Source of the DNA: Gammaproteobacteria bacterium
GTDB lineage: Bacteria > Pseudomonadota > Gammaproteobacteria > JBCCGL01
Assembly: GCA_965277715.1 (NCBI GenBank)
Contig: OZ255836.1
Location: 3,360,001-3,424,000, forward strand
Direction: 5' to 3'
DNA length: 64,000 nucleotides
Below the pieces are notes generated by a model that saw only the letters and a list, made by a program, of their open reading frames with translations, searched no databases and had not been told where the DNA came from. Position numbers and translations under genes: made by a program. This document shows positions 53,066-64,000 of this stretch, piece after piece; position 1 is the stretch's first letter, and each line of letters opens with the position of its first letter.

Positions 53066-53443
53066 ATGGCGAGAGAAATTAAAAAAACAGATCAATTTAA
53101 AGAGCGACTGCTAAAGTTAATTCCAAGCGAAATAATTGCTGCATACGCTGTAATCCAAGGGCTGGTAGCCGATCAAGAGTCTATTTTGATATATATTGTT
53201 ATTGGGGTACTTACGTTGATAGCATTTATATATATGCATAAATTGGAAAAGGTGACAAACACTTGGCATAAAGTAGTTGTGGCACTCGCTTTTCCAATAT
53301 GGGCTTTTACTGTTACTCCGGAAGCTATTCCAGAGAGCGTGCCATACAACCGCCAACTTGCCCCTATTCTCCTGGTTGTGTGGACATTATTAATTCCGTT
53401 AGTAATAAAAAATCAGGGTGATAAGGACAACCCAACACCTTAA
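53066..53443 (+). CDS. small membrane protein
   Basis: ERLLKLIPSEIIAAY plus 3-4 hydrophobic segments; AT-rich. Confidence 0.7.
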   Translation: MAREIKKTDQFKERLLKLIPSEIIAAYAVIQGLVADQESILIYIVIGVLTLIAFIYMHKLEKVTNTWHKVVVALAFPIWAFTVTPEAIPESVPYNRQLAPILLVVWTLLIPLVIKNQGDKDNPTP

Positions 53444-53596
53444 TTTAGCGCTTATGGCAATAGACGTTTTTTCGTGAGTGTAAGGTATACGGTGTGCTAG
53501 ACCCCAGTATTAACGTGCACAGCCGATCATGGCTGGCTTTATATTTGTGCCTTAAGTTTTATATACTGAGGGCCTCAAGGCCTGGAAAATCTACCG

Positions 53597-54457
53597 ATGA
53601 ACACCGATATATTACGCACCATTAAACCGGATGAGGTTGCACGCTACCATCGTGATGGTGTTGTCCTGTTACCGGCAATGTTTGATGATGACTGGATCGC
53701 GTTGTTGAACCAGGGGCTGGTGACCAATTGTCAGAATCCCTCGAATCGCTCGCGTGTGTGGGATCGGGATGCAGCGGGGCGCACGATGTTTTACGACAGC
53801 CAGGCGTGGCAAAACATAGAGGAATACCAGCAGTTTATTTTTCATTCCCCGGCGGCCCAGATTGCTGGGCAGTTGATGAAGTCAGCCTGTGTGAATTTCT
53901 ATTTTGATGCGGTATTTGTTCGCTCGCACGGCAGCCAGTTTGCCACGCCCTGGCATCAGGATGAACCCTACTGGTCGGTAGAGGGGTATGACACCTGCAC
54001 TATCTGGATGCCGCTGGTGCCGGTTAATCGGGAGAATGCGTTGGCTTATGTGCCGGGTTCGCACCGCCTTGATTCTGTGTTTTATCAATATAATTTCGGT
54101 AACCTGAATCCCGATGGCAAGCCGGGTGTCGATCAGGTGGACTTTTCCAGTGTCTCCGATTTAACGTTTCCCGATATCAATGCAGACCCAGAAGGTTTCG
54201 GTGTGGTGAGTTGGGATATGCAGCCAGGTGACTGCGTTGCTTTTAATAGCCGGATTATGCACGGCGGATCGGGTAAGCTGGACGATGATTTTGAGTTGCG
54301 GGTTTTCACCACTAAGTGGTTGGGTGATGATGTGCGTATTAAATTCCGTGCGTGTGGGATGGACCCTGATCATAGCGCTATTATGACGGCGTATGGTCTC
54401 GGGCCGGGTGACCGGCCGGGGACGGATTTATATCCGCAGGTTTGGTCGCGGGGTTAG
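53597..54457 (+). CDS. PhyH-family Fe(II)/2-oxoglutarate dioxygenase
   Basis: YHRDGVV, TPWHQD, VPGSH, PGD..F...MHG. Confidence 0.9.
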   Translation: MNTDILRTIKPDEVARYHRDGVVLLPAMFDDDWIALLNQGLVTNCQNPSNRSRVWDRDAAGRTMFYDSQAWQNIEEYQQFIFHSPAAQIAGQLMKSACVNFYFDAVFVRSHGSQFATPWHQDEPYWSVEGYDTCTIWMPLVPVNRENALAYVPGSHRLDSVFYQYNFGNLNPDGKPGVDQVDFSSVSDLTFPDINADPEGFGVVSWDMQPGDCVAFNSRIMHGGSGKLDDDFELRVFTTKWLGDDVRIKFRACGMDPDHSAIMTAYGLGPGDRPGTDLYPQVWSRG

Positions 54458-54546
54458 GTTTTGTGGGGTTTCGCTCGCTGTGACTCTGACACTATAATTG
54501 TTCGATCCACGGTTTAACGCCACGATTTACCCACTGAGTAAAATTC

Positions 54547-56886
54547 ATGACCAGCAAACAAGACCTGCAAGCGCGTGAAGCGGAATGCAATAACCCGGCG
54601 AGTTACGCAGCACTGGCGCGTGAGGCATTGGCCGGGCCTGCCGATAACGCGTACGCGCTGCACTTGCTCCAAGAGGGTGAGATGATGTGCCAGATGCCCA
54701 TCGATTATTGTCAGGTCGCCGAGGTGGCTTTGCTCGCAGGGGTTGCGGATATGGCTGATGAGTTATACCAACAGGCCGAAGATTTTTGTATGGAGGGCAG
54801 GGAGTTTGCCGATGTAGCCACTAGCCTTGCAGCACACACTGAACAACGCGAACGGGCGCAGGGACTGTTACAAAAAGCCGTCGATGCCGCCTCTCAGGCA
54901 GAGGAGTATCTGTATTACGCGACCGTCGCCAGAGAGACATTTAATGACAACGCGCTGTCTGAATCATTATTTACCAGGGTACGTGAGAAGTGCAGCACGC
55001 TGGACGACTATAAAGCACTCGCCAGTAAGCTGATTAACCAGCAAAACGATAGCCAGACTGCCCGGGCGTTATACCAGTCGGCTGCCGACCAGGGAAATGA
55101 ATTTGAGCATATCAGCGCTTATGCCGAGGGTATGGTCACGCTGTTTGACGACCGCGAGTGGGCCGCCAGTACGCTGGCTGAAAAGGAGGGTGATTGTATG
55201 TTTCCCGCACAGTTTGTGGCATTGGCGGGTGGTTATAAAAGCTTATTTGACGATACCGACAAGGTGGGTGAACTGCTCGACAGTGGCAAGGAGTTTGCGA
55301 TGAGCGGTGAAGAGCAACTCGATCTCGCCAATGGCTACACGGATCTACTTGGCGATCAACAAACCGCCACCGGGCTCTACCAGGCGGCACTGGGTGATTT
55401 TTCAACAAAAGATGATTTATTGAAACTGGCAGAACACATCAGCGCCAGGCTTGACGATAAATCGCTGGCCAAATCGGCCTATGCAAAGGCCGAGCAGAAA
55501 ATTACCGACAACAAAGAATTTGCACTGCTCGCCAAAGCGGTGCTCGATAATCTCAACGACCAGACATTTGCCGGGGAGATCTATCAGCGTAGCATTGAAA
55601 AATTCAACACACCGGCTGATCTGATTCGGCTGGCAGGTGAAATTCGCACCGCACTGGGTGATGCGGCACTCACCAGCAGCGCTTACCGCAAAGCCCTGCA
55701 ATCAACCGATGATTTTTCCGCACTGCAAAAAATTCTCACTGCCCTGACAGAGGGGCACGATGATGCCGGGTTAGCACGGGAAACTCTCAATCTGGCGCAA
55801 CAAACCGCGCAGGGCAGCACTCATTTTCTGGTTATCGCCAACGCCGCCAGTGCGTTGTTGAATGATGCCGGGATGGTCAATACAGCGCTGGATTCGGCTG
55901 AGTCATCGGTCAACAGCTTCGATGATATTAAGGCCGTGGTGGCCGCTGCGCAGTCGCTGGTGGCCGACGACGCTACAAGGCTGGCGCGGTTGCAGGAAAA
56001 ACAGGAAAAACGTGAAGCGGGACAGGCACGTTATGTGGAATTTCAGCAGCGCGAGCAACGTATTGATAAACCTGACGGCTTTATTGCGCTCGCTACAGAG
56101 GTGGTCGCTGAAATTGACGATAAGTTTTATGCGGCAAAATTGCTTGGTTCAGCAGAAGAGCTGTTACAGGCGGGAACGTTTGATTTGAATGGTTACCTGT
56201 CACTGGCACTTGCCGTTGACCGCAGTGTAGATGATCGCGAATGGCTGCAACGGGTGCTCGATATCTGCACACAACATACTGCGACCTTTGTGCAGTGTAA
56301 TACGCTGGGTAAAACCGCTGTCCGTCACCTCAGTGATACGACATTTTCCCGGCAGTGGACACACAGCCTGTACCAGCAGTGGGAAGCGCGCATTGCGGAT
56401 ACACTCGGCGGCGCCAGCCCGGAGTACACCAAGCTGGCCATTGCAGTGCGCGACGAGCTGGGGGATAGGGCATGGTCAGAACAGTTATTGGCCCGTGCGC
56501 GTGAACGGGCCGATGATGCCTTTCACCTTTTGCGGCTTGCTGTTGTGGCGGCCAATTGGGATGATAAACCCCTGAGCGAAACGCTGTTTGCCGAGGCGGC
56601 CAATCGGTGTGTCAGTGCCGACTGTTTCATACAGATGGTGGGCTGGATGAAGAAAAACCGTATTGATACCGCAGCGCAGCGCACACTTTACGCCGTTGGC
56701 GAACAGGTGTTATCTGAGCCTCGTATGCAGTTGCGCTGGGCTGAAGGGCTTATCAGCCTGTTTGCGGATCGGGAGTGGGCCACCCGCGTTTACGACAAGC
56801 TAAAAGACGTTTTAACCACGGGTGTCGATAGCCAAGTTTACCAGCTCAGTCGTCGCAACCGGTTGGAGGGGCATGGGTTTTTTTAG
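54547..56886 (+). CDS. large alpha-helical repeat hypothetical protein
   Basis: 779 aa, Ala/Leu/Asp-rich recurring helical pattern. Confidence 0.75.
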   Translation: MTSKQDLQAREAECNNPASYAALAREALAGPADNAYALHLLQEGEMMCQMPIDYCQVAEVALLAGVADMADELYQQAEDFCMEGREFADVATSLAAHTEQRERAQGLLQKAVDAASQAEEYLYYATVARETFNDNALSESLFTRVREKCSTLDDYKALASKLINQQNDSQTARALYQSAADQGNEFEHISAYAEGMVTLFDDREWAASTLAEKEGDCMFPAQFVALAGGYKSLFDDTDKVGELLDSGKEFAMSGEEQLDLANGYTDLLGDQQTATGLYQAALGDFSTKDDLLKLAEHISARLDDKSLAKSAYAKAEQKITDNKEFALLAKAVLDNLNDQTFAGEIYQRSIEKFNTPADLIRLAGEIRTALGDAALTSSAYRKALQSTDDFSALQKILTALTEGHDDAGLARETLNLAQQTAQGSTHFLVIANAASALLNDAGMVNTALDSAESSVNSFDDIKAVVAAAQSLVADDATRLARLQEKQEKREAGQARYVEFQQREQRIDKPDGFIALATEVVAEIDDKFYAAKLLGSAEELLQAGTFDLNGYLSLALAVDRSVDDREWLQRVLDICTQHTATFVQCNTLGKTAVRHLSDTTFSRQWTHSLYQQWEARIADTLGGASPEYTKLAIAVRDELGDRAWSEQLLARARERADDAFHLLRLAVVAANWDDKPLSETLFAEAANRCVSADCFIQMVGWMKKNRIDTAAQRTLYAVGEQVLSEPRMQLRWAEGLISLFADREWATRVYDKLKDVLTTGVDSQVYQLSRRNRLEGHGFF

Positions 56887-58172
56887 CCGGGGGTTGATTG
56901 GCCGGGTACTGATTGGCCAAGTATTGATTGACAATAATCTTTCATAAACTTAACGCGGATAGTATAAGCGGCGTCGGCAATGTCGCCGCTGTTGCTCCTG
57001 GCGTATTCACCGATCCCGGCCTGTGCTTTTTTCAATGCCTGTAGCGCGCCCCGCAGAAAGTCCGCCTGCGGGTAGGCGGTATCCTCAAAACCGGTGCGCC
57101 CGCGTGCATCGGCTTCACACGCTAACAGAAAATGCTCAAAGCGTTCGGGTTTGCGCAATCCATCCAGTGCCATCAATGTTTTTACCAACGTTGTCGGTTT
57201 TAGCGTAAGGGCGCGATGGCAGTGTGTGTGGTAGCGCGCTGTATGCACGGCAATATCCCTAAAGGCAGTGGGTACGGTGAGGCGTCTGCAAAGCGCCTTG
57301 ACCAGTTTTGCGCCACTCTCCTCGTGCCCGTGGTGTGCGGGCAGTATATTGTCTGGCGTTATACCCTTGCCCAAATCGTGGCATAGCACGGCGAACCGGA
57401 CGTGTGGGTCTGGCGATAGCCTGCTCGCCTGCTGTAGTGCCATCTCGTTATGCACACCCGTATCAATTTCAGGGTGCCATTGCGCCGTTTGTGGCACGCC
57501 GTACAAACGATCCAGCTCGGGAAACAGCGTCGCCAATGCACCGCAGGCGCGCAATACCCGAAAATATTCAACCGGGTGGGATTCACCCAGCGCCCGCACC
57601 GTTTCCCGCCACACGCGCTCCGCCGCCAATGCATTCAATTCATGGCGGGTGCTTATCCTGCGCATCAGTGCCAGCGTGTCGTCGGCGATGCGAAACCCCA
57701 ATGCATGGTAGCGCGCAGCGAAACGCGCCACGCGCAATACCCTCAGCGGGTCTTCACTAAAGGCAGGGGATACATGGCGCAACACACGGTTTTCGAGGTC
57801 TGCCAGACCATTGTAAGGGTCGATGAGCGCACCATCGGCGGCGCGGGCGATGGCATTGATGGTGAGATCGCGGCGCAATAAATCCTGTTCCAGGGTGACA
57901 CTTGGGTCGGCGTGCACAGCAAAGCCATAGTAGCCGGGCGCGGTTTTGCGCTCAGTGCGCGCAAGGGCGTACTCGTCATGGGTGTCCGGGTGTAGAAAGA
58001 CAGGAAAATCTTTACCCACTGCTTTGAATCGGTGGGCCAGCATTAACGCGGGTGTCGCCCCGACGACAACCCAGTCGTACTCGTGCACTTCGCGCCCAAG
58101 CAACTGATCGCGCACGGCACCGCCAACAAGGTAAGTATTTGCCCCCTCCAATGAAATAAATGGTTTGTTCAT
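56883..58172 (-). CDS. cca: multifunctional CCA-adding enzyme
   Basis: [48 protein letters not shown]. Confidence 0.96.
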   Translation of the reverse strand: MNKPFISLEGANTYLVGGAVRDQLLGREVHEYDWVVVGATPALMLAHRFKAVGKDFPVFLHPDTHDEYALARTERKTAPGYYGFAVHADPSVTLEQDLLRRDLTINAIARAADGALIDPYNGLADLENRVLRHVSPAFSEDPLRVLRVARFAARYHALGFRIADDTLALMRRISTRHELNALAAERVWRETVRALGESHPVEYFRVLRACGALATLFPELDRLYGVPQTAQWHPEIDTGVHNEMALQQASRLSPDPHVRFAVLCHDLGKGITPDNILPAHHGHEESGAKLVKALCRRLTVPTAFRDIAVHTARYHTHCHRALTLKPTTLVKTLMALDGLRKPERFEHFLLACEADARGRTGFEDTAYPQADFLRGALQALKKAQAGIGEYARSNSGDIADAAYTIRVKFMKDYCQSILGQSVPGQSTPG

Positions 58173-58208
58173 CTGTCTGAGCATTGCGCAATGAGGTAAG
58201 TCAATAAT

Positions 58209-59258
58209 ATGAACAGAATAGCAGGCAGTGTGCTCGTGTCGCTAGCTGCAATAGTAATGGGTGGTTGTTCCACGCTGGGTTACTACGCAGAAATTGTCGA
58301 TGGACACCTCAGCCTGCAGTCGGCGCGAACCCCAATAAGTGAGTTGCTGGATGATGCCAGGGTCGATCCGGTATTGAAAAAACGGCTGCGCACAGCACAA
58401 CAGATTCGCGACTATGCCAGTGAAGTTTTGCAGTTACCCGATAACGACAGTTACCGCAGCTACGCAGACATCGAGCGCGATTTCGTTACCTGGAATGTCG
58501 TGGCGACACCAAGATTTTCGTTAAAAGCGGAAACCTGGTGTTTCTGGGTGGCAGGCTGTGTCGCCTACCGGGGTTTTTACAGCAAGGCATCGGCGCAGGC
58601 ATTTGCCGGGTCACTGCGTGAACAGGGCTACGACGTGGCTATCAGCGGTGCACGGGCGTACTCGACGCTCGGCTGGTTTGATGATCCGGTACTCAATACC
58701 ATGATTACGGGTGAGGACTTTACCCTGGCGGGCCTATTGTTTCACGAACTGGCACATCAGAAACTGTATATAGAGGATAGCTCGGCATTCAACGAGGCGT
58801 TTGCCACTTTTGTCGAGCGTGAAGGTGTGCGGCGTTGGCTGGATAGCCGTAATGCAGACGCTGAAAAATTGCGGCATAAACAAAAAATTCAACGACAAGC
58901 TGACTTTATCTCGTTGTTAAAACGAGCGCGGGATAACTTAAGTCAATTGTATAAGCAGGAACAACCACAAAATACGCTGCAATTGGGCAAAAAAGCGGTA
59001 TTTACCCAATTGCAAACGGACTACCGTGAATTAAAAAAAACCTGGGGCGGTTATAACGGTTACGACCGCTGGTTTGCCCGGCCATTGAATAACGCACACC
59101 TGGCTACTTTATCCACTTACCATCGCTGGGTGCCTGGCTTTGCGCGTTTATACCAGCAGTCGGGTGATTTGGTGACGTTTTACCTGTCAGCGGCAGAAAT
59201 AGGCGAATTACCGGCTGCGCAACGCCGTGAAAAACTGGACGCGCTCTCTAATGATTAA
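58209..59258 (+). CDS. putative aminopeptidase lipoprotein (DUF2265-like)
   Basis: MGGC lipobox, [23 protein letters not shown]. Confidence 0.85.
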   Translation: MNRIAGSVLVSLAAIVMGGCSTLGYYAEIVDGHLSLQSARTPISELLDDARVDPVLKKRLRTAQQIRDYASEVLQLPDNDSYRSYADIERDFVTWNVVATPRFSLKAETWCFWVAGCVAYRGFYSKASAQAFAGSLREQGYDVAISGARAYSTLGWFDDPVLNTMITGEDFTLAGLLFHELAHQKLYIEDSSAFNEAFATFVEREGVRRWLDSRNADAEKLRHKQKIQRQADFISLLKRARDNLSQLYKQEQPQNTLQLGKKAVFTQLQTDYRELKKTWGGYNGYDRWFARPLNNAHLATLSTYHRWVPGFARLYQQSGDLVTFYLSAAEIGELPAAQRREKLDALSND

Positions 59259-59329
59259 GCATGATCGACTTCTTTTAGAAGCGCGTGCACAGAACACCCG
59301 TTAAATAGTAAATCTATAAACATTCCTTA

Positions 59330-59366
59330 TTGACGCAGGCTGTGTAGCTGATAGATAATTGCGCGC
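59330..59366 (+). promoter_or_regulatory. sigma70 promoter with GC-rich discriminator
   Basis: TTGACG-18-GATAAT followed by TGCGCGC, upstream of the tRNAs. Confidence 0.6.
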
Positions 59367-59375
59367 TTTGTTTTC

Positions 59376-59460
59376 GGAGGGGTTCCCGAGTGGCCAAAGG
59401 GGGCAGACTGTAAATCTGCTGGCTCCGCCTTCGGAGGTTCGAATCCTCCCCCCTCCACCA
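59376..59460 (+). tRNA. tRNA-Tyr(GTA)
   Basis: Cloverleaf, CTGTAAA loop, long variable arm, CCA end. Confidence 0.97.
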
Positions 59461-59549
59461 AATTCCTATAAGGATGTAGAGAATGCGCGATAGCAGGATG
59501 CCGTAGCGCTAACTAAAAGGTACACGCCTTTGGTTAGTAATATGAACAG

Positions 59550-59623
<74 letters not shown>

Positions 59624-59776
59624 ACTACAGGCCCGCGCCAACCGACGGGATGTAGGTAAAGGCTAACCGCAAAACGCGATAGTGCTTTAAAGACACCGCC
59701 TGAATCGGTAGGTCTTATACGAGTGGTTGGATTGTGCATTACACGGCACCCTCTGAGGGTGGCAGGTTTGGTTTGT

Positions 59777-59852
<76 letters not shown>

Positions 59853-59917
59853 TTAAAATAGACAGTTACATTATTTGTAAGCGACATTGTAGGGCAATAG
59901 ATTAAGGGGTTATAGCG

Positions 59918-61108
59918 GTGTCCAAAGAGAAATTTGAAAGAAACAAGCCACACGTAAACGTGGGCACAATAGGCCATGTAGACCATGGTAAGACGACGTT
60001 GACAGCGGCGTTGACGAAGGTTCAGGCAGAGGCGATGGGGGGTGAGTTTAAAGCTTACGACCAGATAGACAATGCCCCGGAAGAACGCGCCCGAGGTATA
60101 ACGATTGCCACGGCGCACGTAGAGTACGAATCTGCAAATCGTCACTACGCCCACGTTGATTGCCCTGGACACGCGGACTATGTGAAAAACATGATAACCG
60201 GTGCTGCGCAGATGGACGGAGCTATTTTGGTGTGTTCAGCGGCCGATGGTCCAATGCCACAAACCCGAGAGCACATTCTGTTGGCGCGTCAGGTGGGCGT
60301 TCCCTACATTATCGTCTACCTGAACAAGGCCGATATGGTTGACGACGAAGAACTGTTGGAACTGGTTGAAATGGAAGTGCGAGAACTGTTGGATGCGTAT
60401 AACTTTCCGGGTGATGATACCCCGGTCATAATAGGTTCGGCACTTAAAGCGCTGGAAGGTGATACCAGCGAAATTGGTGTGCCTTCAATTAGCCGACTGG
60501 TTGAAGCGTTGGATAGTTACATTCTGCAGCCGGAACGTCCAATTGATCAACCGTTCCTGTTGCCGATTGAAGATGTGTTTTCGATTTCGGGTCGTGGCAC
60601 AGTGGTAACGGGTCGTATTGAACGCGGTGTTATCAAAGTGGGTAACGAGATAGAGATAGTTGGTATCCGCGAAACAGCGAAGACCACTGTTACGGGTGTT
60701 GAAATGTTCCGCAAGCTGCTGGACAGTGGTGAAGCGGGCGATAACGTTGGCGTACTGTTGCGTGGTACGAAGCGTGAAGAGGTTGAACGTGGTCAGGTGT
60801 TGTGTATCCCTGGCAGTATTAACCCGCATACAGTGTTTGAGGCGGAAGTGTATATTTTGGGTAAAGATGAAGGGGGTCGTCATACGCCGTTCTTCAATGG
60901 TTATCGTCCTCAGTTTTACTTTCGCACGACGGATGTGACGGGTGCGTGTGATCTACCGGAAGGTATTGAGATGGTGATGCCGGGTGACAACGTTAAGATG
61001 AGTGTAAAACTGATTGCACCGATAGCGATGGAAGAGGGTTTGCGTTTTGCGATTCGTGAAGGTGGCCGTACCGTGGGTGCGGGCGTCGTATCGAAAATTA
61101 TTGAGTAA
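59918..61108 (+). CDS. tuf: elongation factor Tu
   Basis: [17 protein letters not shown]. Confidence 0.99.
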   Translation: MSKEKFERNKPHVNVGTIGHVDHGKTTLTAALTKVQAEAMGGEFKAYDQIDNAPEERARGITIATAHVEYESANRHYAHVDCPGHADYVKNMITGAAQMDGAILVCSAADGPMPQTREHILLARQVGVPYIIVYLNKADMVDDEELLELVEMEVRELLDAYNFPGDDTPVIIGSALKALEGDTSEIGVPSISRLVEALDSYILQPERPIDQPFLLPIEDVFSISGRGTVVTGRIERGVIKVGNEIEIVGIRETAKTTVTGVEMFRKLLDSGEAGDNVGVLLRGTKREEVERGQVLCIPGSINPHTVFEAEVYILGKDEGGRHTPFFNGYRPQFYFRTTDVTGACDLPEGIEMVMPGDNVKMSVKLIAPIAMEEGLRFAIREGGRTVGAGVVSKIIE

Positions 61109-61225
61109 CTATTTATTGAGTAGCCCCGGCGTATCTAATGTGCCTGGGCGTTTAACCTACATCAGGGTGCACTCAATTTTAAAGGGTGCGAAAGGCCGTA
61201 GCGCCTTTCGCTTTTTGCGTTTTAC

Positions 61226-61301
<76 letters not shown>

Positions 61302-61350
61302 CTTTTGGCATTTTGCCTGAGTGTGCAGTTGGCTATAGCAGGTAATATAA

Positions 61351-61731
61351 ATGGTCTCAAAGGCCGAAGTACAAGATTCTCGCGGTGACGTGGTAAAACA
61401 TGCCCTGGCAATGCTGGTTGTTGCCGGTGCGCTTACGGCGTTCTACGTTTACGCTGAGGAATCATTACTGTTTCGTGTGCTCGGGCTGTTATTGGCCTCT
61501 GCTGTAGCTGTGGCTATTTTTTATCAGACTCAATCGGGTCGGCAATTGTGGGTGTTCTTTCAATTGTCCAGAACAGAAGTGCGCAAAGTGGTGTGGCCCA
61601 CCCGTGCTGAAACATTGCAGACAACGCTGATTGTCTTTGTACTGGTGTTACTGGTTGGTTTGTTTCTCTGGTTGCTCGATCTGGGTCTCGGCGCTGGATT
61701 TCGATGGGTTACCGGACTTGCAGGAGGCTAG
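61351..61731 (+). CDS. secE: preprotein translocase subunit SecE
   Basis: [10 protein letters not shown]; three TMs. Confidence 0.96.
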   Translation: MVSKAEVQDSRGDVVKHALAMLVVAGALTAFYVYAEESLLFRVLGLLLASAVAVAIFYQTQSGRQLWVFFQLSRTEVRKVVWPTRAETLQTTLIVFVLVLLVGLFLWLLDLGLGAGFRWVTGLAGG

Positions 61732-61732
61732 T

Positions 61733-62266
61733 ATGGCGATGCGCTGGTATGTATTGCAGGCGTTTTCCGGGTTTGAAAACCTGGTAAAACGCTCTTTGGA
61801 AGAGCGTATCGGGCGTGCCGATATGCAGGAATCCTTTGGGGATATCCTGGTGCCAACCGAAGAGGTATTGGAAATTCGCGGCGGGCAAAAACGTCGCTCT
61901 GAGCGTAAGTTTTTCCCCGGTTACGTACTGGTGCGCATGGAAATGAACGATGAAACCTGGCACCTGGTTAAAGATGTACCCAAAGTGTTGGGGTTTATTG
62001 GTGGCACAGCGGATAAACCTGCACCGATCACGGATAAAGAGGCAGAGGCTATTTTGCAGAGCGTACAGGAAGGGGTCGAGAAGCCAAAACCCAAGGTACT
62101 GTTCGAGGCGGGCGAAGTTGTGCGTGTTACCGATGGCCCCTTTAACGATTTTAACGGTGTTGTCGAAGAAGTTAATTTTGACAAAAACCGCCTACTGGTT
62201 GCAGTGCAGATATTTGGCCGCTCGACACCCGTAGAACTGGAATTTGGTCAGGTCGAAAAAGCCTGA
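61733..62266 (+). CDS. nusG: transcription factor NusG
   Basis: [33 protein letters not shown]. Confidence 0.98.
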   Translation: MAMRWYVLQAFSGFENLVKRSLEERIGRADMQESFGDILVPTEEVLEIRGGQKRRSERKFFPGYVLVRMEMNDETWHLVKDVPKVLGFIGGTADKPAPITDKEAEAILQSVQEGVEKPKPKVLFEAGEVVRVTDGPFNDFNGVVEEVNFDKNRLLVAVQIFGRSTPVELEFGQVEKA

Positions 62267-62330
62267 CCGACAAGGGTCGACAATACGTTGACCCGTTAAC
62301 CGCCTGTTAATCCAGGCTATCAACATACAC

Positions 62331-62358
62331 CGGGGAGCTGATAAAGCGTCCGTACCCG
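62331..62358 (+). promoter_or_regulatory. L1-binding leader of the rplK-rplA operon
   Basis: CGGGGAGC..GCG..TACCCG just upstream of the rplK RBS. Confidence 0.55.
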
Positions 62359-62370
62359 TGGAGATTGAAC

Positions 62371-62802
62371 ATGGCTAAAAAAGTCAGCGCCTATATCAAG
62401 CTGCAAGTGTCTGCTGGCCAGGCAAACCCCAGCCCACCGGTTGGCCCCGCACTGGGTCAACACGGGGTTAATATCATGGAGTTTTGCAAGGCGTTTAATG
62501 CCGCTACGCAAAACCTTGAGCAGGGTCTACCCACACCGGTGGTGATCACTGTCTACTCTGATCGCAGCTTTACCTTCATCACCAAAACACCGCCAGCGGC
62601 TGTTTTGTTGAAAAAAATTGCCGGTATCCCAAAAGGCAGCGGTACACCTAATACCAAGAAAGTGGGTAAAGTCACCCGCGAGCAACTGGAAGAAGTTGCC
62701 ACCACCAAACAACCCGATTTAACCGCCGCTGATATGGACGCCGCCGTGCGCACTATCGCGGGTAGCGCCCGCAGTATGGGCCTTGAAGTGGAGGGCGTGT
62801 AA
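62371..62802 (+). CDS. rplK: 50S ribosomal protein L11
   Basis: [23 protein letters not shown]. Confidence 0.98.
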   Translation: MAKKVSAYIKLQVSAGQANPSPPVGPALGQHGVNIMEFCKAFNAATQNLEQGLPTPVVITVYSDRSFTFITKTPPAAVLLKKIAGIPKGSGTPNTKKVGKVTREQLEEVATTKQPDLTAADMDAAVRTIAGSARSMGLEVEGV

Positions 62803-63500
62803 TGGCGACTCTAAGCAAACGGGCGAAAGCCATTCGCGAAAAAGTTGACGCTAATAAAGCCTACCCTGCCGAGCAGGCATTTGGTTTATTGAAAGAATTG
62901 TCCTCGGTTAAATTCGTCGAATCGGTTGATGTCGCCGTCAGGCTGGGCGTCGATCCACGTAAATCAGACCAGGTTGTGCGCAGCTCAACCGTGTTGCCGC
63001 ATGGCACAGGTAAAGTGGTGCGTGTCGCTGTGTTTGCCCAGGGCGAACAGGCCGAAAAAGCCAAAGCGGCCGGTGCCGATCAGGTGGGCATGGAAGATTT
63101 GGCCGAGTCGGTACAGGCGGGCAATCTCGATTTTGACGTGGTGATTGCCACCCCGGACGCCATGCGTGTCGTTGGGAAATTAGGCACGATTCTCGGCCCG
63201 CGTGGCCTGATGCCAAACCCCAAAGTGGGTACTGTCAGCGCCGATGCAGAAACCGCAGTAAAAAATGCCAAGGCTGGGCAAGTGCGCTACCGCACCGATA
63301 AAGTCGGCATTATTCACTGCATTATCGGTAAAGTCGATTTTGACCCCAGCGCCTTAAAAGAAAACCTCGAAGCGTTGCTGAACGACCTGATTAAAGTTAA
63401 ACCGTCTGCGGCCAAAGGCGTTTACATGCGGGGTATTTCAGTGTCCTCGACGATGGGTCCCGGTCTTACCGTTGATCAAAGTAGCTTAGCCGTTAAGTAA
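62802..63500 (+). CDS. rplA: 50S ribosomal protein L1
   Basis: [26 protein letters not shown]. Confidence 0.98.
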   Translation: MATLSKRAKAIREKVDANKAYPAEQAFGLLKELSSVKFVESVDVAVRLGVDPRKSDQVVRSSTVLPHGTGKVVRVAVFAQGEQAEKAKAAGADQVGMEDLAESVQAGNLDFDVVIATPDAMRVVGKLGTILGPRGLMPNPKVGTVSADAETAVKNAKAGQVRYRTDKVGIIHCIIGKVDFDPSALKENLEALLNDLIKVKPSAAKGVYMRGISVSSTMGPGLTVDQSSLAVK

Positions 63501-63580
63501 CAAATCGATTTATACCGGTTGGTCTCAATGGCCAGCCGATAACAGACTTTGTGTATTTCAACCGTTTTGGCTGAGTACAT

Positions 63581-63637
63581 CAAAGACCGCAGGTGTTGCC
63601 TGAGAACGTGACGGGCCACTTAATTGCCTGCGTAGAT
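63581..63637 (+). promoter_or_regulatory. L10 leader
   Basis: AAAGACCGCAGG...TTAAT..CCTGCGTAGA upstream of rplJ. Confidence 0.7.
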
Positions 63638-63775
63638 GGATGAGCCGGACACTACATCGATTACTTACCTATCGATGGCATGGCAGGCTCACCAAAATGG
63701 GGTGATGCACTCGTTGCATCACTGTTCTTAAAACCCTGTTGGACCCGTTATTGGGCCAACAAAGTGAGGTGCTCT

Positions 63776-64000
63776 ATGGCGCTGAATCTCGAAGAGAAAA
63801 AAGCGGTTGTCGCCGAAGTTGCCGAAGTGGCAGCGAGTGCGCATTCCGCCGTGGCAGTCGAGTACAGGGGTTTGACCGTCGACCAGTTGACCGGTTTACG
63901 GGTACAGGCACGCAATGAAAATGTTTATCTGCGTGTCGTCAAAAACAGCCTGGCCCGACGTGCTATCGAGGGAACTGCGTTTGAGTGTATGGGGGAAAAC
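63776..64000 (+). CDS. rplJ: 50S ribosomal protein L10 (partial)
   Basis: [15 protein letters not shown]...EYRGLTV...RVVKN, runs off the window. Confidence 0.96.
   Translation, partial: MALNLEEKKAVVAEVAEVAASAHSAVAVEYRGLTVDQLTGLRVQARNENVYLRVVKNSLARRAIEGTAFECMGEN

Overview
Chromosomal window of a gammaproteobacterium (radC/coaBC-dut-algC, fabA-fabB, tRNA-Tyr/Gly/Thr-tuf-tRNA-Trp-secE-nusG-rplK-rplA-rplJ). Housekeeping and metabolic blocks include a polar amino-acid ABC transporter, nadC, nadA, dxs, cca and a methylated-amine cluster (Tdm-like DUF1989+GcvT, GntR, GS-like enzyme, mgsABC/glxBCD-like). Two accessory regions interrupt them: a decayed integron between radC and coaBC (~14.1-23.5 kb) and an Rhs toxin/immunity graveyard (~44.6-53.5 kb). 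Both are organised around one motif, GGGGTC(A), which forms the terminal inverted repeats of Y1/HUH (RAYT-like) transposase elements. Two different IS4-family elements, including a 209-bp MITE, sit at a fixed register in this motif, with 11-bp duplications where both ends survive. An IS110/IS1111 element inserted in the motif has a downstream non-coding region whose predicted guide loops spell out both strands of the TIR. Together this suggests a layered host-parasite network of mobile elements that remodels cassette and toxin arrays. All calls come from reading the sequence; no searches were run.
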